Shown: in pieces, positions 51,307-63,039 of the stretch
Layout: every line of letters starts with the position of its first letter
How positions within the stretch are numbered: position 1 is the first letter of the stretch
NCBI GenBank assembly: GCA_028534125.1
Contig: CM052816.1
Span: 35,590,001 to 35,654,000, forward strand
DNA length: 64,000 bases
From: Lama glama
Taxonomy: Eukaryota
Direction: 5' to 3'
Program-made: the position numbers and the translations under genes
The notes under the pieces: model-generated
Database searches by the model: none
Seen by the model: the letters and a program-made list of their open reading frames with translations, nothing else
Told to the model about the DNA's origin: nothing

Positions 51307-53811
51307 GCTATTAAGAATCCTGTGTCCTTGGAAATAAATGTAGCATATCAAGTACCTTAGTGTTGTAGGGAAGAACCTTAACTCTTTCTGGCTTAAAAAA
51401 AAGTGCATTTTCTTTCACTGTAGCCATAATATAAAGATCTGAAAAAGAGGCATCATCTCTGGAGTGGAGTGCTGAGCTGTTGACCGTGCATTTTCTGACA
51501 GGGAGCACTAGGTGCAGGGCTTTGGAGGCTGGCCAGGAGCAGACACTCTCGGTCACTGTGCCAGGCAGCTGTGGAAATATAATTGGGAAGTACCTGGGAG
51601 TTAAGATTACATGAATCAGCCAAGAAACAGGAGGAATCAGAGGCTCAATAAATCTCCACTTTCTCATGGCTCAAACAGCCCAGCCACTCCCTGGTTCCAG
51701 GGGCCTACTTACCAAGACCAAAACAACGATGAAAAGGCTGTAATAGGCCACCTGAGGAAAGCACAAGCTGAGAGTATTTGGGGTAAACATACCATGGGAC
51801 TTCGGAGCAATCCAGTCTGTACTGCCCTGAAATGACTGGCCATTTATTCTTTTAACGAATATTTACCGAACCTCTTTTGTTCACTAGCACCGTTTAGACT
51901 CCACTGAGATAACTTCCTTCTTCTCCTCCCACTGCCAACACATGTGCATGCCTGTTGCTGCTCTGCTTTGGATTTTGTTATTTATTGGCCTTTGATAAAA
52001 TATGATCTGGAAAAAAGACTCTGCCAGTTTAACAAGCCCACCAAGCCTTCTCTGCACACCTTGTTAACACCAGTAAGGAGTGCTTGGGCACTCTAATACA
52101 ATACAACTCTTCCGAAACACAGAAGGGATGCTCTGTGTCCCGTTAGAATATTCCTTTCTGCCCCCTCCCCAAGAAATTGGAAAGTCTCCAAGGTTCTTCT
52201 TGATATCGCATCATTTATGTGCAGGTCTATTTTTTCAAAGGTGGTGGTGACCTTGTGCCTTTGGGTAACTGAGATTGAAAGTTAGGTTTCTGCCTCTTAT
52301 ATTAAACTGACTCGGGTTTCTTATTTGACTGAATATGAAGAAACTGGGCTTTTAGGATTGCTTCTGTTATATTTCCCAAGATGTGAGTGTGACAGGAAAT
52401 TTTATTTTAAAACAATACTGTGATCCATGTGCTTACTGACAGAAGACATCAGTTAAAAAAAAATAAGACGGTGCCAATCTTAAAGAAGTTGGGTGCAGCT
52501 AGACTGTTAAACAGACAAGTGAACTGCTGAAGCTATCTCATCCTCATTCACTGAGCTCTCAGGGAGAGCGTTATTAACCTACTGTGTTTTCAGGGTCTAT
52601 ACCGTCTTTTGCCCAGTGGGCCATTCCCCAGTGGGATTGAACTGGTTGAGATCCTTGCATAGACTCAACATCTTCTTAACCAAAATGAAAACAATATCAT
52701 ATTGCCTTTTGAATCTGTTTGAAGGGAGAAATATTTTTCGGAAAAAAAAAAGATAATTGAAAAGCTCTGTATTCATCTTTCTGTGCCTTAGGACATTGAT
52801 TTTTCAGACATTGTAATGTATTACATGGTGAAATAGTCCCGTGGACTTTCATACATATTAGTAACTCTAGTGCCCACAGCACACATTGCAAACTTTCCAC
52901 ATTCAGAGATTCAGTGTGCCTTGTGGTAGTTCTGTCTGACCTCAATCCATTTTGGAAATAAAATATGCCATACACTAAGGGAAAGCAAGTCTCACTGGAC
53001 TTGCTCTGACTTTTCTGCCATCCCTTGGTTTCCATGTAAGCCAAGGCATCTTGTCTCAGAATCTGCCTGGCGATGCCCAGGTCTCTGCTTCGAGCTTTGG
53101 GTTCCCAGCAGTTCTGTCCTACCTGTGTGGTCACAAGAAATGTGAGCTTTGTATTCAGCAGGTGCTCCATAGGTATTGAAATTGAATTGAATCAGGACTC
53201 AGTAAATCTGAGCCAAATCACGTCTGAGTTATGTGATTTTATCTTCCCTAGAAAGCAAGAAGTGGAGGGAGGAGCAGCAGCGATAGCAGAAAAGGAGAGA
53301 GAAATCAAATTTTTCAACTTTGGGGACGGGAGGCCCATGCATAAGTGAGGAGAGGTCTCCTTTATGTGTATGATTGAGGAGGGAGTATCTCCCTCCCCTA
53401 TCCTAGGTCTTGACTGTCCTCAGCCCATGCTTGGTTTCTTTTATCAAATGCTTCTCTTCCGATTTTACCTGTCAGTCGCCCTGCTTCATGGCCAAGATCA
53501 CAGGCGTGATGCAGTGTTGGTCCTGGGGCCCCTTGACAGCTTACCAGTGAAGATACATGAGTATCAGGCTGTTCATCCTGGCAGCCCTCACTGCCAATTC
53601 CTGGTTTTCAGTATCCATAATGACAACCGGCTTGGATTGAACTCTTCAAGTTCCATGAAGAGTTGTATTGTATTCTGCAGAAGAAGGAGGACAATTTTGG
53701 CTTGCTGTCTCCATTGTCAGCATTCCTCTCTGTACCCAGCCTCCTCCTTCATGCCGTGCCTCCTGCCATGCCTTGCCCTTTGCCATGCCGCTTTCTCCTT
53801 TTCAATTGCAG

Positions 53812-53913
53812 TGCTTTCTGCTATGAAAAATCTAGCAGAGGAGCTAAGTGATACCCAGTTTTGTGTTACTGATATCTTAATACTGTGTATGAAACTGTGG
53901 ACTATGTGGAGAC
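53812..53913 (+). other. Candidate 102-nt cassette (or terminal) exon
   Basis: ctttctccttttcaattgcag | TGCTTTC...TGGAGAC | gtatgt. One frame is open throughout (xLSAMKNLAEELSDTQFCVTDILILCMKLWTMWR). TGCC cluster upstream. Confidence 0.35.
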
Positions 53914-55599
53914 GTATGTGAATATGGGAATATCTGTAACCAGCTGCTGCCCTCTGCATCCTATGTGGTGCATAAAATGGAGATGAGGGAGGTGGGAAGC
54001 AAATCTAATTCAGTTGTTAAAAGCAAGAACTCCCTGGCAAAAATCTGAAATTTTCATCAAAAGTTAGGACTGAATGTTCAGAATTTTTTTAAACTAGCAC
54101 CAAATGTCCTCCTAACACTTTACACTAAAACCCTATCAAAGAATGCTCTGAGATGAAATCTGAGAAAGGCTCCAGTTTATCGTTAATGATAGAGAGCTCC
54201 TCAGAGCTTACCAGTCTTCTTGTGACTACTAATAAATAGTATTGCCATAAATGAGTATCTCCCTGAAAATGGACCCTGACATCAGATAACATGTGTGTGC
54301 ATATAGACTTATACAGTTTTTAAACTGGTTTGTTTTTAAAGCAAAATAAAAGGAAAATAAGTCTTTGCCAACTGAGTCTTTATTTATTCTTTTTATATAT
54401 TTGGCGTGTAAATATAAAAATGTTCTCTTTAGATTCCTGCAACATTAATTTTGAACACTATGGCATGTGGTAAATTTAGCACACATTTCTTTTATAGCTA
54501 GTATGATGAAAAGAAGTCAGGGATGTTCAGCCTTAACAGAATTTCTGAATAAACCTCACAGATTATTCTGCTATGCTAAGTGTGCGACTAATTAGCTTTT
54601 GACTAGGTTGGAAATAAAAATTCAGTGACCACCTCCATCATTCCCATTTTTATCTGAAACCTTCTATTCAAATTGTTGTGCCATGTTTTTACTGTTTATT
54701 ATAGTCAAGCGGTGTTAGTTTCTAAATATTTTATCCTTTGAATGTTCATGTGACTACATCCTGTGGCTTTGTAGTGTATATAATAGCATATATTTTTTCA
54801 ACAAGGAATAAATGAAGAAGTGCTATGAATATAGAAACAAATTGTAAACTGTGGTCCTGACATGAGCAACTTAGTTCCTGGTGGGATTGGGGGGCAATTT
54901 CCAAGGCTTTTAAAGGAAAGCAGAAACTTTTAGTAGTGATAAATTATACCATGGAGACCTCTTAAACACTTAGCCTTGGTGAACATTAAACCTGTCTCTT
55001 CACCAGGTTTATTGCAGGATTAGGCACTTCCTGGAGAAAGATTCACTCTCCTTTGGCATTGATGTAAATTTGGTTTTGCTAGATTTTGAAAAGGTGCTAT
55101 ATGGAAGTCATTCAATTTTTCTGAAAAGTTTACTTCAGGATCTGGGGTGTGGATTTATTCATATCCCAAAGATCACTTCATTGTCCCTTAAAGTTGATCA
55201 TCCAAGAAATCTTCTCAGTTCATATTGCACTAGGTTGTCCCAATCCTTTGTACTAATTCGTATTCACCTGAAAGTTATGTTAACTCTTTGTCGTCACCAT
55301 AGTTTTTGCTGATTAAGCGATAAGCTCAGTGCTGCTGAGACTTGCGGGCCATAGAGTAAGATTCACGTACGCAGTTCAGATATAAATGCTCCAGGCCTAG
55401 TCACTTTGGTTTTCAATCTGCCAGTTTGTTAAAAAAAGAACTAATACGTCATTGTGAAATACCTCATGGCTGAAAAAGAGTCACAAAACAAAATAACTTG
55501 GCTATTCTGGCTCACGTTTTAAGTATATGTTCTGCAAACTGTGCCATAAAACTAGATCCTACAAATTTGCTTGGTTGCCATCATTCAATTCTGTGTAGC

Positions 55600-56385
55600 C
55601 ATCATTCAGTTCATTTTTTCTGTAAGTATTTCTTGAGCCTTGTACCCCAGCTTATAACTAGGTGCTGGAGAAAAAGCAGTGAAGAAAACAGGCAAAACCC
55701 TTGCCCTCAGGGGGTGTCCCTTCTGGTGCAAGTAAATAAATAGAATCAGCTGATAAGTGAAGACAAATCAGATGGGCCGGGGAGATGGGGGAGGGTGGGA
55801 AGTAGTAAAGGGGAGTGAGGGAAGATCTCACTGAGAAGGGAACTCTGAAAGATCTGAGGGAGGTGAGAGTGTAAGCCATGACAATTCAGGGGAGGGAGAA
55901 TCCAGCATATCTGGGTGAAGGGAGCATGGCTGGGATGAGATGGGAGGATGATGCATTTGTTGGTAGATACTTGAAGAGGGCAGTGTGACTGGAGTCAGTG
56001 AGCAAAATCAAAAGCAGAAAGAGATCAGACCAGAAGCAAAGGGGTCCAGAACATTAAAGCCTTGATGACGTTACTCTGAATGGGGTGAGGCTCCACGGAC
56101 GTCTTGGGCAAGAAGGAGGGACTTGAGCTGATTCATTTTAAAAGGATCCTTTTGGCTGTTCATGAGAATGGTTTCTAGGGAGACAAAGGCAGATGGAGAG
56201 GGACCGATTAGAAGGCTGTTGGAATCATCAGTAATTCAGGTAGGAGAGGAAGTTGGCATGGACCCGAGTGGTAGCAGAGGAGGTGGGGGAGAAGCACTGA
56301 TTCTGGATGGATGAAAGGCAGAGCCAACAGGACTTGCTAATGGAGCAAATATGGATGTGAGAGCAAGAGAGGAGTCGAGACCGCC
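55600..56385 (-). mobile_element. L2 (L2a-like), about 0.8 kb
   Basis: ctaggtgctggagaaaaagcagtgaagaaaacaggcaaaacccttgccctc...ttttaaaaggatccttttggctg...agagccaacaggacttgctaatgga. Confidence 0.85.
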
Positions 56386-56985
56386 AGCATTATAGTCCCA
56401 ATTACTCGTTATGTAGTAGCCAAAACAAGAAATCCAATCTCCATTTAGTCAGGACCTTACCTGTTTTTTTTCTTTCTGACTCAGTGAAAATCTGTTTCTC
56501 TGTGTATAAAAAGAACAACATGATACAAGTAGTATTTGTTGCAAAGTAAACAAAGTTTCACTGTAGTGTAACATAAAGTAGAGATGCTGCTTGAAAATTA
56601 AGTTACCAAATGCCAGGTTCTGTAATACACCCCCAACCCCCAACCAAATTACACTCCATGAGTAATGCCAGCAGAGAGGGGGTCAAGTTTGAAATATAAG
56701 CAGAACAAAAACAAGAGCTCATGAATGACTTCCCTGGATCAGGAGACAAAATCTAGGGGACGGCTGAACAAAGATTGCTTGGTATAGTTACTCAGCAAGG
56801 CTAAGCATGGAAGTCAACAAAGGGACAGGACACATCCTCATCCTTGAGGAGCTTAAAGTCTAATGAAAGCATCTTGCCTCCCAGAACTCAGTGGAGCACT
56901 AGGATTTTATTTCTATCATTTACAGAGATATATGTCAGTAATGTAACTGTTTCAAATGTAAGTATAGATATAGTAAAAATAGATA

Positions 56986-57023
56986 TAGATAGATAGATAG
57001 ATAGATAGATAGATTGATTGATT
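56986..57023 (+). repeat. (TAGA)n(TTGA)n microsatellite
   Basis: tagatagatagatagatagatagatagattgattgatt. Confidence 0.9.
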
Positions 57024-57180
57024 TTCAGTGTGTTTTATTTTTTAAAGTATACATAGACCAGCAATATAGATATGTGATTGCAAACTTCTGCATATTCTTG
57101 TTTCCAGCTTTAGTATTCAGAACTTACTTACTTACTGTGATCAGTAAAAGCAAGAATAAAGTAAGAGTTCATATAAGCTT

Positions 57181-57303
57181 GGGGGTAGGGTATAGATTAG
57201 TGGTAGAGTATGTACTTAGTATGCAGGAGGTCCTGGGTTCAATCCCCAATACCTCTGTTAAAAATAAATAAATAAAGTTAATTACCTACACCCCCCCCAA
57301 AAA
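57181..57303 (+). mobile_element. Camelid Vic-1-type tRNA-derived SINE
   Basis: gggggtagggtatagattagtggtagag (A box) ... ggtcctgggttcaatcccc (B box), (AAAT)n, attacct, C run, A tail. Perfect 17-bp TSD aagagttcatataagct (57163-57179 / 57304-57320). Confidence 0.9.
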
Positions 57304-60300
57304 AAGAGTTCATATAAGCTACACAAAGTTTTTATCTACACAAAAAAAGATCAGTTTGAAAAGTCAGTACTCAAATTAATGAGAAGATATTGATCCAAAG
57401 TCCTTGAAAAAAACTGATGCCTTGAGTGACAGGTACTGTAATCTCAGCACCTCTCCTAGATGTGCCAGAAGTCCTCTCCCAGCCCTGAAAGGGGCCCCTT
57501 GTCTGGGAGACAGCCATCCGACAAGACTGGAGAGCAGCTGTGTGCAGACTCTCTGAACCACTTCTGGTTTTGCCGCTGTGAGGGCTTCCCCGACATGGGA
57601 GATCTGCCTCCCATTCTTCAGAGCAGACCCCTACATTACTCGGGATATTGTGCCACCAGGGAGCTGTGGGAGCAGCTTGCTTTCCCGAGTGTCAGTAGAT
57701 CTACCTCTAGCCTCACTTGAAATGCTTCCTCAGCAAGGAGTAAGAGGACATTAAGCTGGCAAACCAAGTGAGGAGGTGGAAGACCTCTTAAGTGAGAGTC
57801 ATCATTAATGTTTCTATGATCCTGTGCTAAATAAACATTTAAATCATTATTCCTCAGTCTGCTCTGTGGAGGTGAAGTCAACAATCTACTTCTTTCTGAA
57901 TTTTTCTTGTGAAATGTTCTGTTTAACTCATATAAGTTCTTATTTTTTCCTGCCCCCTCCCCCTCTTAATTTCTAAGCTTCCTTGAGCTCATTTTGGAAT
58001 AAGCCAAAATGAAACAAAAATCATACATTCTAAATCGAGTGCTTAAAACGGAACTGAGTTCATTGATTAAATATGAAAGGGAGCATCTTTCGCAAAATGA
58101 AAGCCAGACTTTTAAATCTTCACTGAACATTGGTTAATCTTAAACCGTCTTGGCACTAGTTTCTTCATGAGATTTTGCATATCAGGTGTTTACAGACTAA
58201 ATAGTAGATGAGCTCCAAGTACACTGTGTCATTTAATGTCAATGAGCTAACCCTGTTTATTCGGCTCTGCGCTTAGCAATTGAAATAATCTGCATAAGAG
58301 CGCTCAGTATGCTACAATTAAGAAGCATGCTTGTGGAAGGCACACTCTTGGTTCATTTTTTAAAAAGACCATCTGTTTCTTGGTATGCTACTTGTGCAGG
58401 TTTTCCTTTCATCTTTCACCTTCTTTAAAAAAAAAAACTCCACAGCTTTCTAAAGCTTTTGATATTTTGTTCTTAGACTTTATAGAATGCTCATTCTCTG
58501 GATTTTCAGCTGTGGTTTTACCAGCATCCTCACAAGAGCATTTTAAACCCTCAGGAATTTTAGAATTTAGGAAAAGGAAATAGGGAAGCTTCCCTCACAC
58601 TGTATCTGTTCTGTTCCAGGAAGCTGACAGTTTCTGTCAGCAACCAGTAATCATACTTGTAACGGTAGTGGTGGTCGTGGTGGTCATAATCTACTAATAT
58701 TTGCAAGTTAACAGGGTTAAATATATTGAAGGTTTATGTATTCAAGAAACTTTTACTCGTTTCTTTAAAGTGTCCTTGGAAAAGGATAGAAATGCCCTGA
58801 CAGACTGTGAAATAGGAAATCCTAAATAAAATTCTTAGACCCAGAGTTGCTATGTCTTAGTGACACACCTTTGATCATGCTCAAAGACTAAATTTCTGGC
58901 CTGTTAAGAAAACGGTATCTCATTCGGAGGATTTTTAATTCAGAAAACAAACTTCCTTAACCATGTATGTTTGAGGCATTTTCTCATTCAATCTCTTCTG
59001 CAGGTGAGAGATGTACATTATTTTGTGGGAAATAAACAGAATAAATGGAAGAGGTAAAATATTCTTCAGTTAAATGGCACATTTTATGCCCAGCAGCCGG
59101 GGGAAATGGGATAGCTTATTTATGAAGTTTATTTTCTTATATAAGAAAGAAAAAAAGATGTTTAGCCTGTGCTCTGGAATAAAAATAGCAAATTTTAGAC
59201 CTGACTTCTTTTAAAATGATTAAACATAATGTCTATTTATTATTGAATTTATTGGAGGAAACAGCAGTCTTGTCAGAAATTGTATATTCTCAAATCTCTT
59301 TATTTGGTGTCATTTTTATCTCATGAAACTACGTTTAAAAAAAAAAAAGTAAGCAGGAAGTGATGCAGCTTTAAGGAAAATTACATCAGAAAAGAGCCTG
59401 GAGTGGCTCACCCACTCTGGGCTCACCTGGGCAGTGGATCAGGTGTGATTCTCACAGTGACTTTAGCCTCAACTAAGCACCTTCCCAATCTCTGCGGTAC
59501 CTTTTGTCTTAGACTTTAAAAACATGACCTTAAAACATGTTTAGGTGGTTTACATTTTATAAAACCTTGTGAAAACAAGGGATTGATTATTATAGTCCCA
59601 AATTACCTAGTCTTTATTGAATAAATATGGACATAATACCTGGGATCTGGACTTTGTGTTAACTGCACCATCTCCACCACCCAGTGGGGCACAGGTGAGA
59701 TCTGCTCTACACGGAGAAACTTTTATTGACCAGTTTAGGTTCTTATAAGGCTGCCCCACCACCAGAAAAATCTATTGTCTGAGAAAGAAAGTATTAAATG
59801 AGCTTTTATATAGTGAGGGGAAAATAGCTGCAAAACAACGAGGTGAGAAGTCCAGAGGTTCCTATGGGTGAGCTTGGATATCTGGCACCAAGCATCCTTT
59901 GTCTGCTGGCAGATGTGTAAAGTTCTTTGAACCAGTGGATGTCAGCCTGATTGAACACAGATGGGAGACAGCGAGAACTAGCAATAACGATGAAATGTTT
60001 GGGAAGTCAAGTTTGGATTAAAGTATTTGGTTCTAGCAGTTGAACAAGGCAGCAGACAAGGCTAGAGTAAACATAGGTCTCCTGTTTAGCTATTGATTTA
60101 TTATAAGCACCAAAATTACTTTTATTTTTACATGCAAAAAGGTACCTTCAGATTCTAAAATTATGTCCCAAGACTAGATTACACAAGAACAATGTGGCTC
60201 ACTGTAAATTTCTTAGAAGCTAAGGAGGGAAAAAAATCTCAGTACTTTCATAAGTTCTTGCAGAAAAGACTGTTGCATATCTTTTCCAGACTATTGGTGG

Positions 60301-60829
60301 AAAAATTTTTCTTCACATATAAAGAATAAACCATTCCCCCACCCCAGCCCCTACCCAATCTGGGAAACCGCTCTTATGAAATAGCAGTTCTCTAAAATAA
60401 AAACACCAAAGACATATTAACTAGGGTTCTTTTTTTTTTTTTATTGTTGGCATTGAATACAAATCAACATTAAATCTGAGACCATTTTTAGTGTCAGATT
60501 CCCAGATCTAAAATAGGGTATACAAATAAAAAAATTTGGCAAAAATGTTTTACTTATGTTTTATGCAGCTTGTAATGGTTGAGGCTCTTCATTTAGAATT
60601 CAAACATCCCCTTCCAGATTCCATATGGCTTAAATTTTAGGAAGTTCCAAAAATAATGAAGGGATGCTTGGGTCTAAGCAAATAATATATTTTAAAATTT
60701 CAATTATAGTAAGAAACTAGTTTTTCTCTACACAAAAGATAGTTTATTAGCCTATCCATCAAAGACTAAAATGTAGTTCAGTGTTCTATCCATGTTTACT
60801 TTAAAAAACACTAATCAAATGAATGGAAT

Positions 60830-61230
60830 ATTGTCAGTTAGGAATCTTGGTTGCAATTAATAAAAACCCCAACTTGATTGATTTAAACAAAAAAGAAGTG
60901 GTGGGTTTGATTGGCTCATGGACCTGACGAGGTCCTTCTAGCTACACGAAAAGTTTGGACCAGCAGCTCGTGTTCTCAGGCTCCAGTTCTATTTTTCTGC
61001 AGTTCTTTCCACCTGGCCTCCCTCGGTCTATTGCTGTTGTCCTTAGGCTGAACCACCTTGCGGTAGCAAAAAGGGCTATAGTAGTTACAGACCCAATACC
61101 TCATAAAGGCCATCCTGAGGAAAGAAAGAATCTGTGACCCAGCATTCCAGCGAAGTCCTGGGGTTTACTCTGGTGGGACTGCCATGTGTCAGATGTCCAC
61201 TTACCACTGTGGCCAGGTGAATAATTAGGA
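60830..61230 (-). mobile_element. MLT1 (J-L type) MaLR LTR fragment
   Basis: tgtcagttaggaatcttggttgcaattaataaaaaccccaact...ttaaacaaaaaag...ttggctcatg...ccactgtggccagg. Confidence 0.7.
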
Positions 61231-61423
61231 AGCAGCCAGAAAATATCCTCTGCAGCTGTGTACCTGAAAAAGATACAGACTTAGATGCCTAAGCTTCAGT
61301 CGGTTGGGGGAAATTTTTCTTGGCCATAATCCCCTTTACCTCTCAGCAGCGAGGGCATCCAATTCCATTATCTGAATGGTTCCAGTAGGGCTATTGCAGC
61401 CTTACTTCAGCATGTTGATTCTT

Positions 61424-61572
61424 TTTGTTGTTGTTGTTGTTGTTGTTGTTGTTGGGGAAGGGGAGGTGATTATATTTATTTATTAATTTATTTCATGGAG
61501 GTACCAGAGAATGAACCCAGGCCCTCGAGCATGCTGAGCACATGCTCTACCACTGACCTATGCTCTCCCCCC
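61424..61572 (-). mobile_element. Camelid Vic-1-type SINE with (TTG)n tail
   Basis: ggaggtaccagagaatgaacccaggccctcgagcatgctgagcacatgctctaccactgacctatgctctcccc. 16-bp TSD cagcatgttgattctt (61408-61423) / caacatgttcattctt (61574-61589), 2 mismatches. Confidence 0.9.
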
Positions 61573-63039
61573 GCAACATGTTCATTCTTAATACATTTTG
61601 AAAGCAAATTCACTTTTCAAAGAAGGAGTGTGAGCAGCAAATGTAAAGTGGAGTCTTTCCCCCGACTCTGAACCTCATCAGTCCACCTTAAATTGAATGT
61701 ACTCTCTAATTAGAAACACTATCCTGGTTTCAATGAACTATTTGTAGGATTTAGAGAAAAACTGGATTTGACAAGAAATATTTTATTGGTTTTACATTTA
61801 GATTTTCTGCTAAACTTATAATAATATATTCCTGTAGACTGGTGGACTCCCAGTTGCATGTTATACTCATGTCATTGTGTGAAGTGTCTCTTGTGAAAAA
61901 CAAAAACAAAAAGAAACTAACTTCATGGAATGAAATCTGAGGTCTTACCCTGTATTTTTCCCTTTTTTTTTTCTTTTTACATACACTCATCCAAATACAT
62001 CCATTTCTTTTGTGTAGCACATGTTCTCGTGCTGTTTTTAACAGCCCTAAAATTGCCCTGGCTTGGCCCTAAATTGGATTTGAATTTCTACCCACCGCTG
62101 TCAGTATCTGCAGAATGAGCTGTGATACCATTGCTCTTAGCAAATAGCATCCTCCCGTGCTGAGTGTATGAAGCTAAGCCCTGAATGCTGTCCTTAGACA
62201 AAAAGGGGGCGGAGTCTGAGGGTTAGAATGTGGCCTTTCATCCCTTCCGACCCACGCCCCTAGTCTCCAGGATGCAGTTCAGTAATAAGTTAGTGAACGT
62301 GCTTCTCTTAAGAATCGAAGATTCCTCAGGGAAGCTCTAAACCTTTTGTACCCAAGTAGTGTTCCAAGGGGATCCAGGGAGCTTACAAGATAACACCATC
62401 ATCATTGTGATCATCACCAGCATCAGTATCACCTCCAGCCCTTTATGGATCTTCTTTTCTTTGCTGCTGCACATGTGCTTTTCTAGCCCCACCCTCTCTG
62501 CCCTACTCCGAGACCTGACACCATTTCTACAACTCCCCGTCCCTACTCAGAATATAACAAAGGCAACAAAACAGTCCTCTCTTCCATCTGTCAGTTCCAC
62601 AAAAACGACATCTTCTCTTTGTCCTTCACGGCTACTCTCTCGGCAGTCAATATCACAGTCCATACCAGCTTCCTAAAATTCCTTCCACCTTTACCCTCCT
62701 ACACAAACACACATCCTGCTAAAGTCTCCAGTAATTCAGTTTTTACTGTGAGCTTACTGTGTAAAAATCTGATTACAGTTATGATTCAAAACATGGCCTC
62801 ATCTTTCAAACCATTTATGATCTTATGATAGCTATTTCCTACCCTGGTCAAGCCACTGAAACTCCCTCAAAGACAGTCCCCAGTCCCCACCTAGACATCA
62901 GTCCTAAAATCTTCCCAGAGTCTTTCTACGACACCTCTTTACAACATTAGTTTCCTTGGCCAAGTATGGAAATAAGTGGCAAAGCTAAAATCTGAACCCA
63001 GTTCTTTTGGGCACCAAATTGTGAACTTTCTTATTGTTA

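Noticed and set aside
53364..53921. Longest ORF (185 aa)
   Set aside because: No recognisable domain; the Leu/Cys/Phe-rich composition comes from pyrimidine tracts and the TGCC cluster. Only the last 102 nt are kept, as a candidate exon.
54503..54548. ATGATGA...CTGA resembling C/D snoRNA boxes
   Set aside because: Only about 46 nt, with no convincing terminal stem or recognisable guide.
57181..57255. tRNA-like sequence
   Set aside because: It is the head of a SINE, with tail and TSD, not a tRNA gene.
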